From the NCBI RefSeq assembly GCF_009914755.1, contig NC_060946.1: a stretch of DNA of 64,000 nucleotides. One strand, 5' to 3'. The first letter of the stretch is position 1, and each line of letters begins with the position of its first letter. The notes under the pieces are model-generated. The model was given only the letters and a program-made list of their open reading frames with translations. It ran no database searches and was not told where the DNA came from. This DNA comes from the human T2T-CHM13v2.0 reference genome, Homo sapiens. The translations under genes and the position numbers were made by a program. Below are positions 1 to 22,030 of the stretch, one piece after another.

Positions 1-884
1 TCCCCGTCCATTAATCACATCCAAAAAAGGTATGTTATTCACACTAAGAGCTCTGGCCCATGGACCTTTGTCCACTTGGTGGTAATTTATTGAAATTTGG
101 GGTTTAGAATGAGGAAATGCCAGCCTTCAGAGCCCCAGGCTTACTATGCAACAGCAAAGCCAACAGTCCCAAATGCCTTCCTAGCACACCTAGTAAGTAG
201 GATCACTTTCCTCTCACCTTGTAGGCATACTTGAGTTCATTCACTCATTCATTCACTATTTTTCATTCATTTCTTATGTGCCAGGTATTGGGTGTTAGGG
301 ATCCATAATACAGTGAACCCATAATTGACTGCAAGCATCACTTTCAAAGCATCATTTCAGGATGAGAATTTAAGTGCCAAGTGAGTTCAAGGAACAGTGC
401 AAAGGATCCATGGCCTCAGTCACCATGAAGACCCTCCCAAGAGCCAGCCCTACTGGGCACATATAAATGAGTGGAGACCTGGAATTCACCCTTACAAAGC
501 CTAGAACCTGACAGAGCACACAAGACAAAAGCCCAAATAACCAAGAACAGGGAGCAGAATGTGAGAGGTGGGCCCCAAAGGATTCAGCCACCAAGGTGGA
601 GAAAGTAATGTGTGCAGAGTGGGGAGTAGTCAGGTTTGGCTGAAGCAAGCAGGCATTTGGGGAGAGGTGGAAACTGAGGCTGGAATGGTCTCCTAGGGCC
701 CTGTATGGAGAAGGTCAGGTTCAGGCATCTGAATCCCATTCAGTAGCAAGAGAGTCACTCCATGGTGCCAAGCAAGGGCTAACAGGCTTAGGACAAGATT
801 CAGGAAGAGGCCTCTTGCAGCAAGTGGTCAAGCCCAGGGACCACTCATGGAAGGCCTATCCCCGCCTGGCACTGCACCTTCAAG

Positions 885-1092
885 TTCACATCACATGGCC
901 ATGTGCACATTCATACACAACCATGTGCATGTTCACACACAGTCATATGCATGTTCACACAACCATGTGCATGTTCACACACGACCATGTGCATGTTTAC
1001 ACGTGGCCACATGCATGCTAATGCACAATCATATGCATGTTCACACATCACCATGTGCACATTGAAACATGACCATATGCATTTTCACATGC
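885..1092. repeat. Degenerate 20-22 bp minisatellite (ACCATGTGCATGTTCACACAC-like)
   Basis: About 9-10 imperfect units read directly. Confidence 0.85.
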
Positions 1093-1229
1093 TCAGTGAC
1101 TCACAGATTCATAAGACCTGAGACGGACGTGCATTTTGGGAGATCCAACTTTAGGATATGGGCTCACTGTCTCAGCACATGCAGACCAGGCCTGAACTCT
1201 ATTCAAGAAAGCTGCCTGCCAGTTTATAG

Positions 1230-1407
1230 CAGGGGTTAGCAAACCTTTTCCATGAAGAGCCAGTTAGGAAATGTTTGAGGCTTTGCAGAACATGTGGTCT
1301 CTTGCAACTACTCAACTCACTAAAGCAACAATGGACAACACATCCGTGAAGAAGCATGGTCGTGTTCTGGTAAAACAAAACTTGGCTGCAGTTTGCCCAT
1401 GCCTAGC
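1230..1407. mobile_element. MER58A-like hAT-Charlie fragment
   Basis: caggggttagcaaaccttttc...gcagtttgcccatgcctag ends. Confidence 0.65.
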
Positions 1408-3614
1408 CTAGAGTTTGTAGCCTCTTCCCAGAGAGAGGGAATCTGACAGATTCCCAAATCTGTCAGAGACTAGGAAGTCTCCTTCAGAAGGACACCCCTC
1501 CAAGCCTGAGGATCCATCCACCCACAGGAGGCCTGGCACAACTCATTCCCCACTCAGCTTGGTGCAAGCTAACCCTATCAGGCCCTGCCACTGTTATCCT
1601 TGCTGACCACCCCCAGTGTCCTCTCAAGTGGAGGCTGCCTGCTTCTCATGTCCTCCGCCGCAGGGTCAGGCACTGCACCCACCCCTTCCAGCCCCACAGG
1701 AGCCCCTCTCCCCAGCCCTGGCCTGCTGCCACCCGACCCCCTCACCGGGGAGCCCCTGCACATCCAGTTGAGCCCAGATGGCATTCCTTTAGGAAACCTC
1801 CTCGACACTCCGAAGTCCAGATCGCAGGCCCCACCTGGAATGCTCTCCTTGCAGCCTGTTCGAAGACTCATGAGACCGTGCTGCACACTGGACTTCAACC
1901 ATGAGCTTCACAGTCTGTCTCTTCCTTCACTACCTTCGCTCTGCACTAGGCCATAAGCTCTGTAGGAGAAGGAACTCATCACAGTGCCTGCCCCAGACAG
2001 GTTGTTCATAAGCACGTATTGAAATATAGAATTCCCAGGCACCTCCAACAGAGAGACTGGAGCTTGTGAGACCCAACAAGAAGCCAGTATTTCAGAACTG
2101 ATGAAAAATAGCAAGGATCTAGATTAGGGGGTATAGTGGGAATGAAATGGGGGACTGGGTGATGCCCCATATTTGTCAACGACTCCATAGTCTTTCTCCA
2201 GAGATGTCTTCCTCCCCTGTGTTCTTTGTCTCATCAGCTGCCACCAGCACTCACTCCAGCCACTAAAGCTAGAAAGTTGAAAGACCTCTGCCCTCATCCG
2301 GCCCAGCCCCCATCCAGCCAAAGACCTGTCATTTCAACCTCACGCCCACCCCGCTTTCCACTCCCACTGCTCCTGCCTTAGTTCAGACCACCACCGTCGC
2401 TCTCCTACCCAGTTCAAGCCAAGCTGACCTGGCCAGTGGCCTTCAGGCCTTCCCTTCTCCATCCTGCCATGTCCATCCTCCACAGGCAGAACAGGAAGCT
2501 GTCATGTAAAAGTGCAGGTCTGCTTTGGTCCTTCTCCTAAACCCTTCAGCGGCTTCCCGGTTCCCTTTGGGTCCTGGTACAGATTCCTTAGCATGGCCAG
2601 GGAGGACAGCCCTCCATGATCCTCCCCTCCCTGAGATGCTCCTCCTGCCCCAGCACCCTGTGTTTGAGCCCAAGCCCGCCCTGTGGTGTCGCGGGAGGCC
2701 CAGCTCCTCTGCCTGGGGTGCCTTGCCTGGCCTAGGAACTGGGAAAACTTACCTGCTTCCAAGACTCAGCTCTAGCACCTCTTCCTGCTGGGTGTTTTCC
2801 GATGCCCCCCGTCTCGCCACCTCATGGGGACCCCACAGTCCCCTGAAGAGCCTTCTGCCCCAGTGCCTCACCCCACTCTTTAGACCTGTTTCTGTTTCCA
2901 TGGCTGCCTTGCCTTCTTAGACCACGGGCTCCTGCAGAGCGGGACCCCATATCTCAGTCGGCTTTGCATTCCCAGTGCCTGGCCGAAACTGAGGCTGGAA
3001 TGGTCTCCTATTCCATAAGCTCTCAATAACCCTTGAAAAATGACTGGAATCCTGGACAGCGCCAAGGCAGCAACTGGGATGGGAGAGTGATCTGCTGCCC
3101 TCTCCTGGCAATGTGAGGAATTGTCCTAAGCACAGACAACTCCCTCCCTGCCTTGCACAAGTGCAGGATGGGGGAAACTGGAAAAGGAGCTGATGGAGGA
3201 TTGGGGAGGTGGATGCTGTCTAAGGAGACAAACTGAATTGAGGGGTTGCTGGGACTCTGCCGGCTCACACGCTATTCCCATGTCATGGGCCCAGGGGCCA
3301 AGTCAGTGCTTCCAAAGGAGGGTGCATCCTGAGAGAGGCTCTGGCTCCCCCAACAAAACCCTAAACTCTTGAAGGACATCTTCCTTCTCAGTATACCCTA
3401 TTGCTGTGTTGTTGTAACTATCACTGTAACTTTTATTCACTTCAGTGGGCGATCAGTGAGTTTTTCCTCCATTGTTGTAAAACATGTGTTTTGCTCTTGT
3501 GTGTAAAATGACTGTGAATTTAGCCACTGCCTTCTCCTGATTTTAACTCAGCTTTCTACTGCTAGGAGGTTATCTCTGTTCTGGGTTTCTCAGCTTTCTA
3601 TCAAAACCCAAATA

Positions 3615-4995
3615 CTGTCATTCCTCGGTATCCGTAGGGGATTGGTTCCAGGAACCTCCCTTGAAGATACCAACATTGCAGGTGCCCAAGCCCCTGATAG
3701 AGAACAGCGCAGCATTTGCAGACAACCTATGTACACACTGCATGCACTTTCAATCAGCTCTAGATTACTTCTGATACCTAATTCAATGTAAATGCTGTGT
3801 CAGTAGTTGTCTAGGGAATAATGACAAGAAGAAAATTTTGTACATGTTCAGTACGTAGGAAAAAGAAAGAGAGATCAGACTGTCACTGTGTCTATGTAGA
3901 AAGGGAAGACATAAGAGATTCCATTTTGAAAAAGACCTGTACTTTAAACAGTTGCTTTGCTGAGATGTTGTTAATTTGTAGCTTTGCCCCAGCCACTTTG
4001 CCTTAGCCACTTTGACCCAACCTGGAGCTCACAAAAATATGTGTTGTATAAAATCAAGGTTTAAGGGATCTAGGGCTGTGCAGGATATGCCTTGTTAACA
4101 AAATGTTTACAAGCAGTATACTTGGTAAAGGTCATCGCCATTCTCTAGTCTCAATAAAACAGGAGCACAGTGCACTGCGGAAAGCCGCAGGGACCTCTGC
4201 CCTTGAAAGTGGGGTATTGTCCAAGGTTTCTCCCCATTTGATAGTCTGAAATATGGCCTCGTGGGATGAGAAAGACCTGACTGTGCCCCAGCCCGACACC
4301 CATAAAGGGTCTGTGCTGAGGTGGATTAGTAAAAGAGGAAAGCCTCTTGCAGTTGAGATAGAGGAAGGCCACTGTCTCCTGCCTGCCCCTGGGAACTGAA
4401 TGTCTCGGTATAAAACCCGATTGTACATTTGTTCAATTCTGAGATAGGAGAAAAACCGCCCTATGGTGGGAGGCGAGACATGTTTGCAGCAATGCTGCCT
4501 TGTTATTCTTTACTCCGCTGAGATGTTTGGGTGGAGAGAAACATAAATCTGGCCTACATGCACATCCGGGCATAGTACCTTCCCTTGAACTTAATCATGA
4601 CACAGATTCTTTTGCTCACATGTTTTTTGCTGACCTTCTCCTTATTATCACCCTGCTGTCCTACTACATTCCTTTTTGCTGAAATAATGAAAATAATAGT
4701 CAATAAAAACTGAGGGAACTCAAAGGCCGGTGCCAGTGCAGGTCCTTGGTGTGCTGAATACTGGTCCCCTGGACCCACTGTTGTTTCTCTATACTTTGTC
4801 CCTGTGTCTTATTTCTTTTCTCAGTCCCTCATCCCACCCGACTAGAAATACCCACAGGTATTTCTAGGGAGGGGCAGACCACCCCTTCACAGTAAAGCCA
4901 CAATATTTTTCAAATATTTTTACCCCAGGTGGTTGAATCCCCAGTTGAATCCAGAACCCACAGATGTGAAATCCATGGGTGAGGAGGGCCAGCTG
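3615..4995 (+). mobile_element. MER2 (TcMar-Tigger) split by the LTR5A
   Basis: ctgtcattcctcggtatccgtaggggattggttccagga...tgtacatgttcagta, then resumes ...ggttgaatcc...gagggccagctg. Confidence 0.8.
3854..4889 (+). mobile_element. Solo HERV-K(HML-2) LTR, LTR5A-type, full length (~1036 bp)
   Basis: Starts (c)GTAGGAAAAAGAAAGAGAGATCAGACTG, ends CCCCTTCA; TATAAAA at 4409; AATAAA at 4702; 5-bp TSD CAGTA at 3849-3853 and 4890-4894. Confidence 0.9.
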
Positions 4996-6739
4996 TGCCT
5001 GTTAGCATCCCCTGACCCCCACGGTGCCCACTGCTTCAATGGGTCAGGTGATGTCATGCACCCCTCCTGGCAAAGAGAAGCATTACCTCAGCTCCTCTTG
5101 GGGCTGCAGGTCTAACCGTCTGCATCTTAACGTTTGCAAAGGTTGCCTAACCCCTAATATAGGAAATAGATTTGGGGAAGGAGCTTGAGTCTGTAGCTGG
5201 AGATTTGTGATTGATGTTCACAGAGATAGTTAAAGTCTTGGAGTGGCTAAGATAGCCACCTGCAGAGAAAAATCACCTGTCATTCACCATTGAATCCTCC
5301 ATCTCTATTGCACAGGGCATTGTATAAACATCAGGTGTCTATGGAACAAATGCAAAGAGAGTACACAAAAGAAGCAAAAGGGACTGTCTTTGCACGATGC
5401 AGAAAATTAGACCTGCATGGCACGTTTAGCCCTAAATTTAGGAATCTACCCCACTAGACAGGAAATATCTTTTCAATTAACAAATGGCCTCTCCACTCCT
5501 TCTTTCCTTGGAAAGTTTACTGAACAATGATTGGGCACCGTAAACTTTGTTTTCATGTCAAACAGTACCTGCCCTCCAGTGGTTTATCATCTATTTTGTG
5601 GGACATGGCACAAAGGAAGAAAAACTGTTTGGTCCTCAGGAAGTCTGTAACCTCACCAGACGAGGCATCCATCTCACACTTGCTTCTCCGGGACCACTAG
5701 AGAGCCACATGAGACCATGTGCAATGAAATGCTGAATTCACAACCACTTACCACTGAAAATGAGCAGCACAGAAAATCAGTGTTTTTAGTTAGGTGGCGC
5801 TATCAGGGCAGGCTTCCTGAAAGAAGCTGGCTTTGAACTGCCCTAGGCTGGGAAGAAGTAGAAAACAGAACGGAAAATTCATTGTCCCATGGTCTGGAGG
5901 CATCCTGAATCCTTGGACCAGCATCAGCCAGAGATCCCAGTGGCGAGACAGGGGAGTGAAGCCATTGACAATCCTGCCCATGTTCTCTCTCTTGAGAGTG
6001 TGGCACTGGGGCAGAAGCAGCAAAGACGACCACTGCATACTTTGCAGCTCCCAGACAGAGGCGCACTTGGCTTCCAATGCACAAGGCCCCCTTCGATAAC
6101 ACCTTTTCAGGGTGCAGGATAATAGAGTAAAGTGTGGGTGGACTGGAGTGAAGTGCAGCCCAGGATGATAGCACCAGCTCAGAACGTCCTCAGCGAGGCC
6201 AGCAACAATTTGGAGAATATTGAGAGATGGAGCTGTCCAATGAGCCAGAGGGTCCCTGAGAGATGAGATGGCCTTGGCCTGGATTCCCCACCCCTCACTC
6301 ACAAAAGCAGCTTGGTCCATGGAGCTGGGGAGCACTGTTCAATAATAATGAACAGCCCACCAGGCATGCCTCCCATCAGAGCCCAGTGAGGGGGCAGGTG
6401 AGCGCTGTCTCCCCAGCACCTGCTCCTGCCTGGGCCAGTGGCCCTGACCCTTCTGACAAATCCCTAAGTGCGCCAACTGCTACGTGGTTTCTCACCATCT
6501 GCAGCCCAAACTCTGCCTCCAAAGCCTAGTGGATCCACCCAATGGGCCTTACCTCCCACTCTCCCCACACATTCTGCTGTAACTGAGACTCGCCTGCTCC
6601 CTGGGCTGCAACGCTCATGTTTACCTGGACTTCCTCACACCGCCCCCACCACCTGAATTATCCTGCTCCTTTCCACCCCGAACAATGGTAGGAACAGAAG
6701 CAGCACAGAAGAGATAGCTTCAAGTCCTCCACTAAACAG

Positions 6740-7188
6740 AGAGTGCCTGCATAATCCCACAAACGAACATAAAGTTAACCATCTTACAGTTACAGAGGCC
6801 CGACGTCCACAGTTAGCCTCAGCCAGGCTGAAGTCACAGTGTCAGCACGGCTGGCTCGTTCTGGAGCTCCTGGGAGACGTCGCTCCCTTGCCTTTCCCAG
6901 CTCCTAGAGGCATCATGAGTTCCTTGGCTTATGGTCCCATAGCACATGGACTTCTGCTTCTGTGGCCACATCTCCATCTTTGACTCTGGCCCTCCAGAGT
7001 CCCTCTTTTGAGGACTCCTGTGATTACATTACCAGAGCCACGTAAGTAATGCAGGATAATCTCCCCCCTCAAGATCCTTAGTTGAATCACATTTGCAAAG
7101 TCCCTTTTGCCAGGTAAGGTCAGAAATTCACAGGTTGTGGAGATTAGGATGTGAACATCTTTGGGGGACCATCATTCAGCCTGGCACA
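6740..7188 (-). mobile_element. MLT1-family (MaLR) LTR
   Basis: ...tttgccaggtaaggt...gattaggatgtgaacatctttggggg...cagcctggcaca motifs. Confidence 0.7.
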
Positions 7189-7230
7189 GTGAGATACACA
7201 TGCATTTTTAAATTTTTTGTTTATCTTTTA

Positions 7231-8077
<847 letters not shown>

Positions 8078-8381
8078 TGAAAAGATGTGGAACATCGTAC
8101 TTCATTAAGGAAATGCAAATTGAAACCACGATGATACAATAACTGCATCCCCACTAGAAGAGGTGAAATCAAAAGATTTCTGGTAAGGCTGCAGGGCAGG
8201 CGGAACTGTCACGTGCTGCTGGCAGACACACAAAATGGCACAGCTACTGTGGAAAGCAGTTTAACAGTTCCTTATAAAGTCAAACATAGGACGTAGTAAT
8301 ACTTCCCCTAGGTGTTTATCCAAGACAAATGAAAGCAGATTTCTACAATACAATGTGTACAAGAATGTTCCAGCAGCTTCC

Positions 8382-8670
8382 TGTTGGGAGAAAAGCTGAG
8401 TGTTGGGAGAGAAGCTAAGGCAGGGCTTGCATGTCTGCTAGACTTGCTGGCTCCTTGCTTCTAGCACTCCCATTATCTCAAGCAGTCATATGTTTCTCAT
8501 TCACTTGATATACTGTTTCCTTTCAACCTCCACATTCTCACCACCTGTTTCTTTGTTTGAGCACCAATAAATAGTGTGGGCTCCCAGAGCTCGGGGCCTT
8601 TGCAGCTTCCACCCTCACGATGGCTCCCTGGTCCTACTTTCTCTCTCAAACTTTTTCTCATTCCGTTGAC
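8382..8670 (+). mobile_element. LTR14A-like (HERV-K14/HML-1) LTR, 3'-truncated
   Basis: TGTTGGGAGAAAAGCTGAGTGTTGGGAGAGAAGCT start; internal AATAAA; lacks the terminal ...CCCCAACA. Confidence 0.75.
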
Positions 8671-8877
8671 TTGATTCAAGATTTCAAAATCTTGAAATCC
8701 AGCCCTGCCAAGGGAAGGATGGGGGGACATGTCAATGACAAACAACGCCGGACACTAGTAAATGACAAGGACAGATTTTTGCCAGTAATGCACTATTGCA
8801 ATCAGGAAAGGAGTCCAGCACGAGCTGATTTTGATTTGTGCAGAGGTGACTGGGTGCTTTCAAGGGAGAATGAGGGG

Positions 8878-11495
<2,618 letters not shown>

Positions 11496-11616
11496 AGGAG
11501 AATGAACTTCAGCTGTGCTTCTGTAAGGAGCAAGGATGCACCAGGTAGCCAGGTCCTATCATGTAGGCCATAGCCTTGATCTCACATATGTCCTTTCCCC
11601 ATCTTGTTTACTGGTT

Positions 11617-11618
<2 letters not shown>

Positions 11619-11665
<47 letters not shown>

Positions 11666-11855
11666 GAGGGGAGGGGAGGGGAGGGGAGGGGAGGGGAGGG
11701 GAGGGGAGGGGAGGGGAGGGGAGGGGAGAGGAGAGGAGAGGAGAGGAGAGGAGGAGAGAGAGAGAAAGAAGGAAGGAAGGCAAGAAAGAAAAGAAAGAAA
11801 ACGGGGAAGGGGAAAGGAAGAGGGAAGGAAGGGAGGGAGGGAAGGAAGAAGGAAA
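11619..11855. repeat. Polypurine compound microsatellite (GA)n-(GGGGA)n-(GAGAG)n-(GGAA)n
   Basis: Read directly. Confidence 0.95.
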
Positions 11856-12264
11856 GAGCCTTGGCAGGGACCTGGCATACAGGGGCTTAGGCTGTAAACT
11901 GAATAACGCCAGGAGATGCCATTCACATGGACTACATCAGTGATGGCATTTCCTGGAATTGTGCACTGTGGAACCCCTGACCCCAAGGGCTCCCAGTGGG
12001 CGTTGTCACAGTCCCAAGCCCCAGTCAGCAGAGGTGGTCTGCCTGGTTTGACACTGGTGAGAGTCCCTGTCACCAACCTTGAATTTAGGCTGGGTAGAAA
12101 AGGAAAAGAGGCCAAAGCGGGCAGTAAGACTGGGAGGGAAAAAAAAAAAAGGAAGGTTCAAGGAACTGAAGACCTCCAGGAGATCCAAGAATAGGAGTAG
12201 TGCAGGTGTGGGAAAGTGGGAAGAACTTTGCCATCTTCCTCAAAACATGACCTTGGGCAAATTA

Positions 12265-12885
<621 letters not shown>

Positions 12886-13801
12886 CACTTCAACTCCTCT
12901 GGCCTGTTTGCTCTTCTATAAAATGCCCACCTCACAGGGGGTTGTAAGGATTAAACAAGACAACCAGGACCTGGCATTTGGTCGGTGCTCAGCAAATACT
13001 GGGTTCCTCTCCTCCCCTGTCACCTGGGCTTCAGGTTTCCTGAGCTTATCTGCAAACCTGTGCTGAACAAACAGAGCTACAGCCTGAGTGGCTAAAAAAC
13101 ATGAAGAGAGGACAAGAATGTGATGTGTGGGAGGCAGAGGAAAGGGTCATGGCCACGCAAAACTCTACTCAGAATTGCAAGGGGGTTCCTCTGCTGCCCC
13201 TTCGAGCCCCCACACTGAAACTGGCTTTTCTGCTATTTTTAAGATTTGTTAAGTCAGGCCTGCTTTGCATGGGAGCTCCACCTCCACAATAGCCACTTTC
13301 TCCTTGGGATCTGACTTGGATCCCCACCTCAGCATTGTCAAAGGCCCCGTGGAGCCTCTGAAGCTCTCCCTCCTGTGGCCTTTTGAGTCTAGTGCCTGTG
13401 CTGTGCATGGCTCATCAAGCTCCATAAGTATTTGTGAAATCAAAATGTCTCCTTCTTGCCCAACACACACCCATGGCTCCTCACAGCCCAACTCCCCTGC
13501 TGTAACCCATCAGCCAATCCAGTCACATTAGACCTCTTGCATCCCCTGAAAAAACTCTATGCCTTTCCTTTGCCTAAAATGCCCTTCTCCCCCTTCACCC
13601 ACTGTCTCATTCCTCAGGACCCTTCTCAAAAGTCACTCCATCAAAAAGCCTTTCAGATTCCAGCAAACACAAGGGAACTTCCGCTTATCCCCATTCCTCA
13701 AATCACTTTGATTGTGAATTAATTAATTAATTAATTTATTTATTTATTTATTTTGAGACGGAGTCTTACTCTGCTGCTCAGGCTGGAGTGCAGTGGCATG
13801 A

Positions 13802-13987
<186 letters not shown>

Positions 13988-14750
13988 TAAGTTTTTAACC
14001 TTAGCAGCTAACAGCAGAGTTCTTTAAAAGGTATTTAACATCTGTTTTTGGAAGATATGTTAATGAAATTGGATAACTGGGTTTCCTGGGCACGTCAAAC
14101 CATAGTCATCAACATAATGTACCCTACCTTCTCATCAAAGTCCTAATAAGACAAGCTTTCGTTTCTTTATGACAGAACCACCCTAAGCGTTTAAATTCCT
14201 TACCCAGAACTTAAGTCTTAATTTAAAATTTTCATAAATCAAATTATTTGGAAAAATCTCAATACTGATTACAAAATAATCAAATTATTTTACACATTTA
14301 AAAATATTCAAATCTATTATCATTCAACTTTTTTAATATTTCAAAATAAGTCACAAGATGAATATCAAATCCTCTTAACTATTTCAAATTAATATCACAA
14401 TCATAATATGCCAGATTCTCTAACATGACATTCTCCAAAATATTTCAGATGCCTTAAGAAACAAATAATACATACAAATTACCATGATGATTTCAGTTTT
14501 TTTCTAAACCTAATGCAAAGTAGTAATATCACGGATTTGGTAGACATTTTTCTTATCACAATGCTTATTTCTACACCTTCACAGCATTTTCCTATGCTTA
14601 CCACTTTAAGGAGATCAGAATTACTGTCTCAGTTTGGCTGGGGCTGCTCAGTCCAAAATTTGGAACTGAGATGAGTTACAGATTTCAGTTTAGTTAGAGT
14701 TTCTGAATTGCATCAGAACAGCTGGGTCTACTTCCAGAGTGGTCCCTCCT

Positions 14751-15105
14751 GAGGTTTATTTTGACTCATGGTTCTACAGGTTGTAAGGGAAGCATGGCAC
14801 CAGCATCTGCTTCTGATGAGGGCCTCAGGAAGCTTCCCATCATGGCATATGGCAAAGAGGGAGCAAGCAAATCATGGTGAGAAAGGAAGCAAGAGTGAGC
14901 GGGAGGAAATGCCAGGCTCTTTTGAACAACCGGATCTCGCATGAAGTCATAGAGTGAGAACTCATTCATTACTGCAGGACAACACCAAGTCATTTGTGAA
15001 GATTCCATCCCCGTGACCCAAACACCTCCGGGTAGGCCCACCTCCAACACTGGAGGTCACATTTCAACATGAGATTTGGAGGGGACAAACATCTAAACCA
15101 TATCA
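14751..15105 (-). mobile_element. MST-family (MaLR) LTR
   Basis: gaggtttattttgactcatggttct...gagatttggaggggacaaacatctaaaccatatca. Confidence 0.8.
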
Positions 15106-15109
15106 AGAT

Positions 15110-19930
<4,821 letters not shown>

Positions 19931-20004
19931 TAGTGCCACCCGGCCTGGCGCTGTGGCTCATGCCTGTAATCCTAGCACTTTGGGAGGCTGAGGTGGGCGG
20001 ATCA

Positions 20005-20241
<237 letters not shown>

Positions 20242-21547
20242 TCAGGATAAGGGAGGTCTCAAAGGGGACATTTCAGTAGTGTGGGAAGGATGGTTAGGGG
20301 TTGTGCCCAGGGGACCTGTGGAACAAACCTACCACATGGTGCTGCTTAACAGCCACGCTGATTTGCTGTCTCCTTTGGCCAAATTAGAGCAGAGTGTCCA
20401 GGGCTGGGGATGGTGGTCCTGCCTCCCTACTCTGTCTCTGGCTGTCCTCTGGGATATTTCTTATTCCAGGCACACTTTCTTTCTGTGCCTTTCTGTGGGT
20501 TGAGTTTCTGTGGGTTGAGTCAGGGACTCAACCTTTCTGTGGGTTGCTTTCTGTGGGTTGAGTCAGGGACAGGTTTCCTGCCAGTGAACCCACGATGATG
20601 GAGAAGCTGGTTGGCCATCTCGATCTCACTTTTTCCAGTGAAGAATGCATGAGTCAGCGAGTTTTCTGCACGCTTGGTGTGGGGCAGATTTGAGGGAGGG
20701 GCATGATGGATATAGAAGTCTGAGTCTCAGCCAGGCACAGTGGCTCACACCTGTAATCTCAGCACTTTGGGAGGCCGAGGCAGGCAGATCACCTGAGGTA
20801 AGGAATTCAAGACCAGCCTGGCCAACATGGTGAAATCTGTCTCTACTAAAAATACAAAAATTACCCACGCGTGGTGGCGCACACTTGTAACCCCAGCTAC
20901 TCAGGAAGCTGAGGCAGGAGAATTGCTTGAACCCGGGAAGTACAGGTTGCAGTGAGCCACTGCACTCCAACCTGGGCAATAGAGCGAGACCCCGTCTTTA
21001 AAAAAAATTTTCTTTAAGTCTGATTCTCTTGACAGTGTCTCAAAGTTTTTTTCATATGTGGCCCCAGGAACTCTCATCTTCATATTTGAGTTCTGGAACA
21101 TTGCTGGTGATGATCTTGGTGCTATGTGTTTCTTTTCAGTTTTCTGTTGGGGAAGTAAAGCCAGCTTGCTTCCGCAGCACCATTTTAGAACCCCTAGTGA
21201 AATTTTCGATTGAGAAATATTCTGCAAATGTTTTTATATTTTACCTCCTTTTCAGTGATCACCATTCTCTAGCCATGTGATTGACAAGGACTTTCTCATA
21301 GTTCTATACCCTTCACCACATCATTCACTCTTCCTCCCGTAACATTATTTCTAGTCAGTCACCTACAACCCTCTCCTCTGTTTCTTCAAATCTCAATGTA
21401 CCTTTTCTTTTCTTTTCTTTTCTTTTTTCTGAGACGGAATCTCACTCTGTTACCCAGGCTGGAGTGCAGTGGTGTGATCTTGGCTCACTGAAACCTATGC
21501 CTCCTGGGTTCAAATGATTCTCCCGCTTCAGCCTCCCGAGTAACTAG

Positions 21548-22030
<483 letters not shown>

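Noticed and set aside
815-1121. His/Cys/Met-rich ORFs resembling metal-binding peptides
   Set aside because: Translation of a minisatellite in all three frames
1-5600. Possible 3' exons of the CECR7 lncRNA
   Set aside because: Expected only from recalled gene order; exon boundaries cannot be supported from the sequence
5790-6335. 181-aa minus-strand ORF in unique-looking DNA
   Set aside because: Non-ATG start, no recognisable homology or splice context
11536-12115. Arg/Glu/Gly- and Pro/Ser-rich ORFs
   Set aside because: Translation of the polypurine microsatellite
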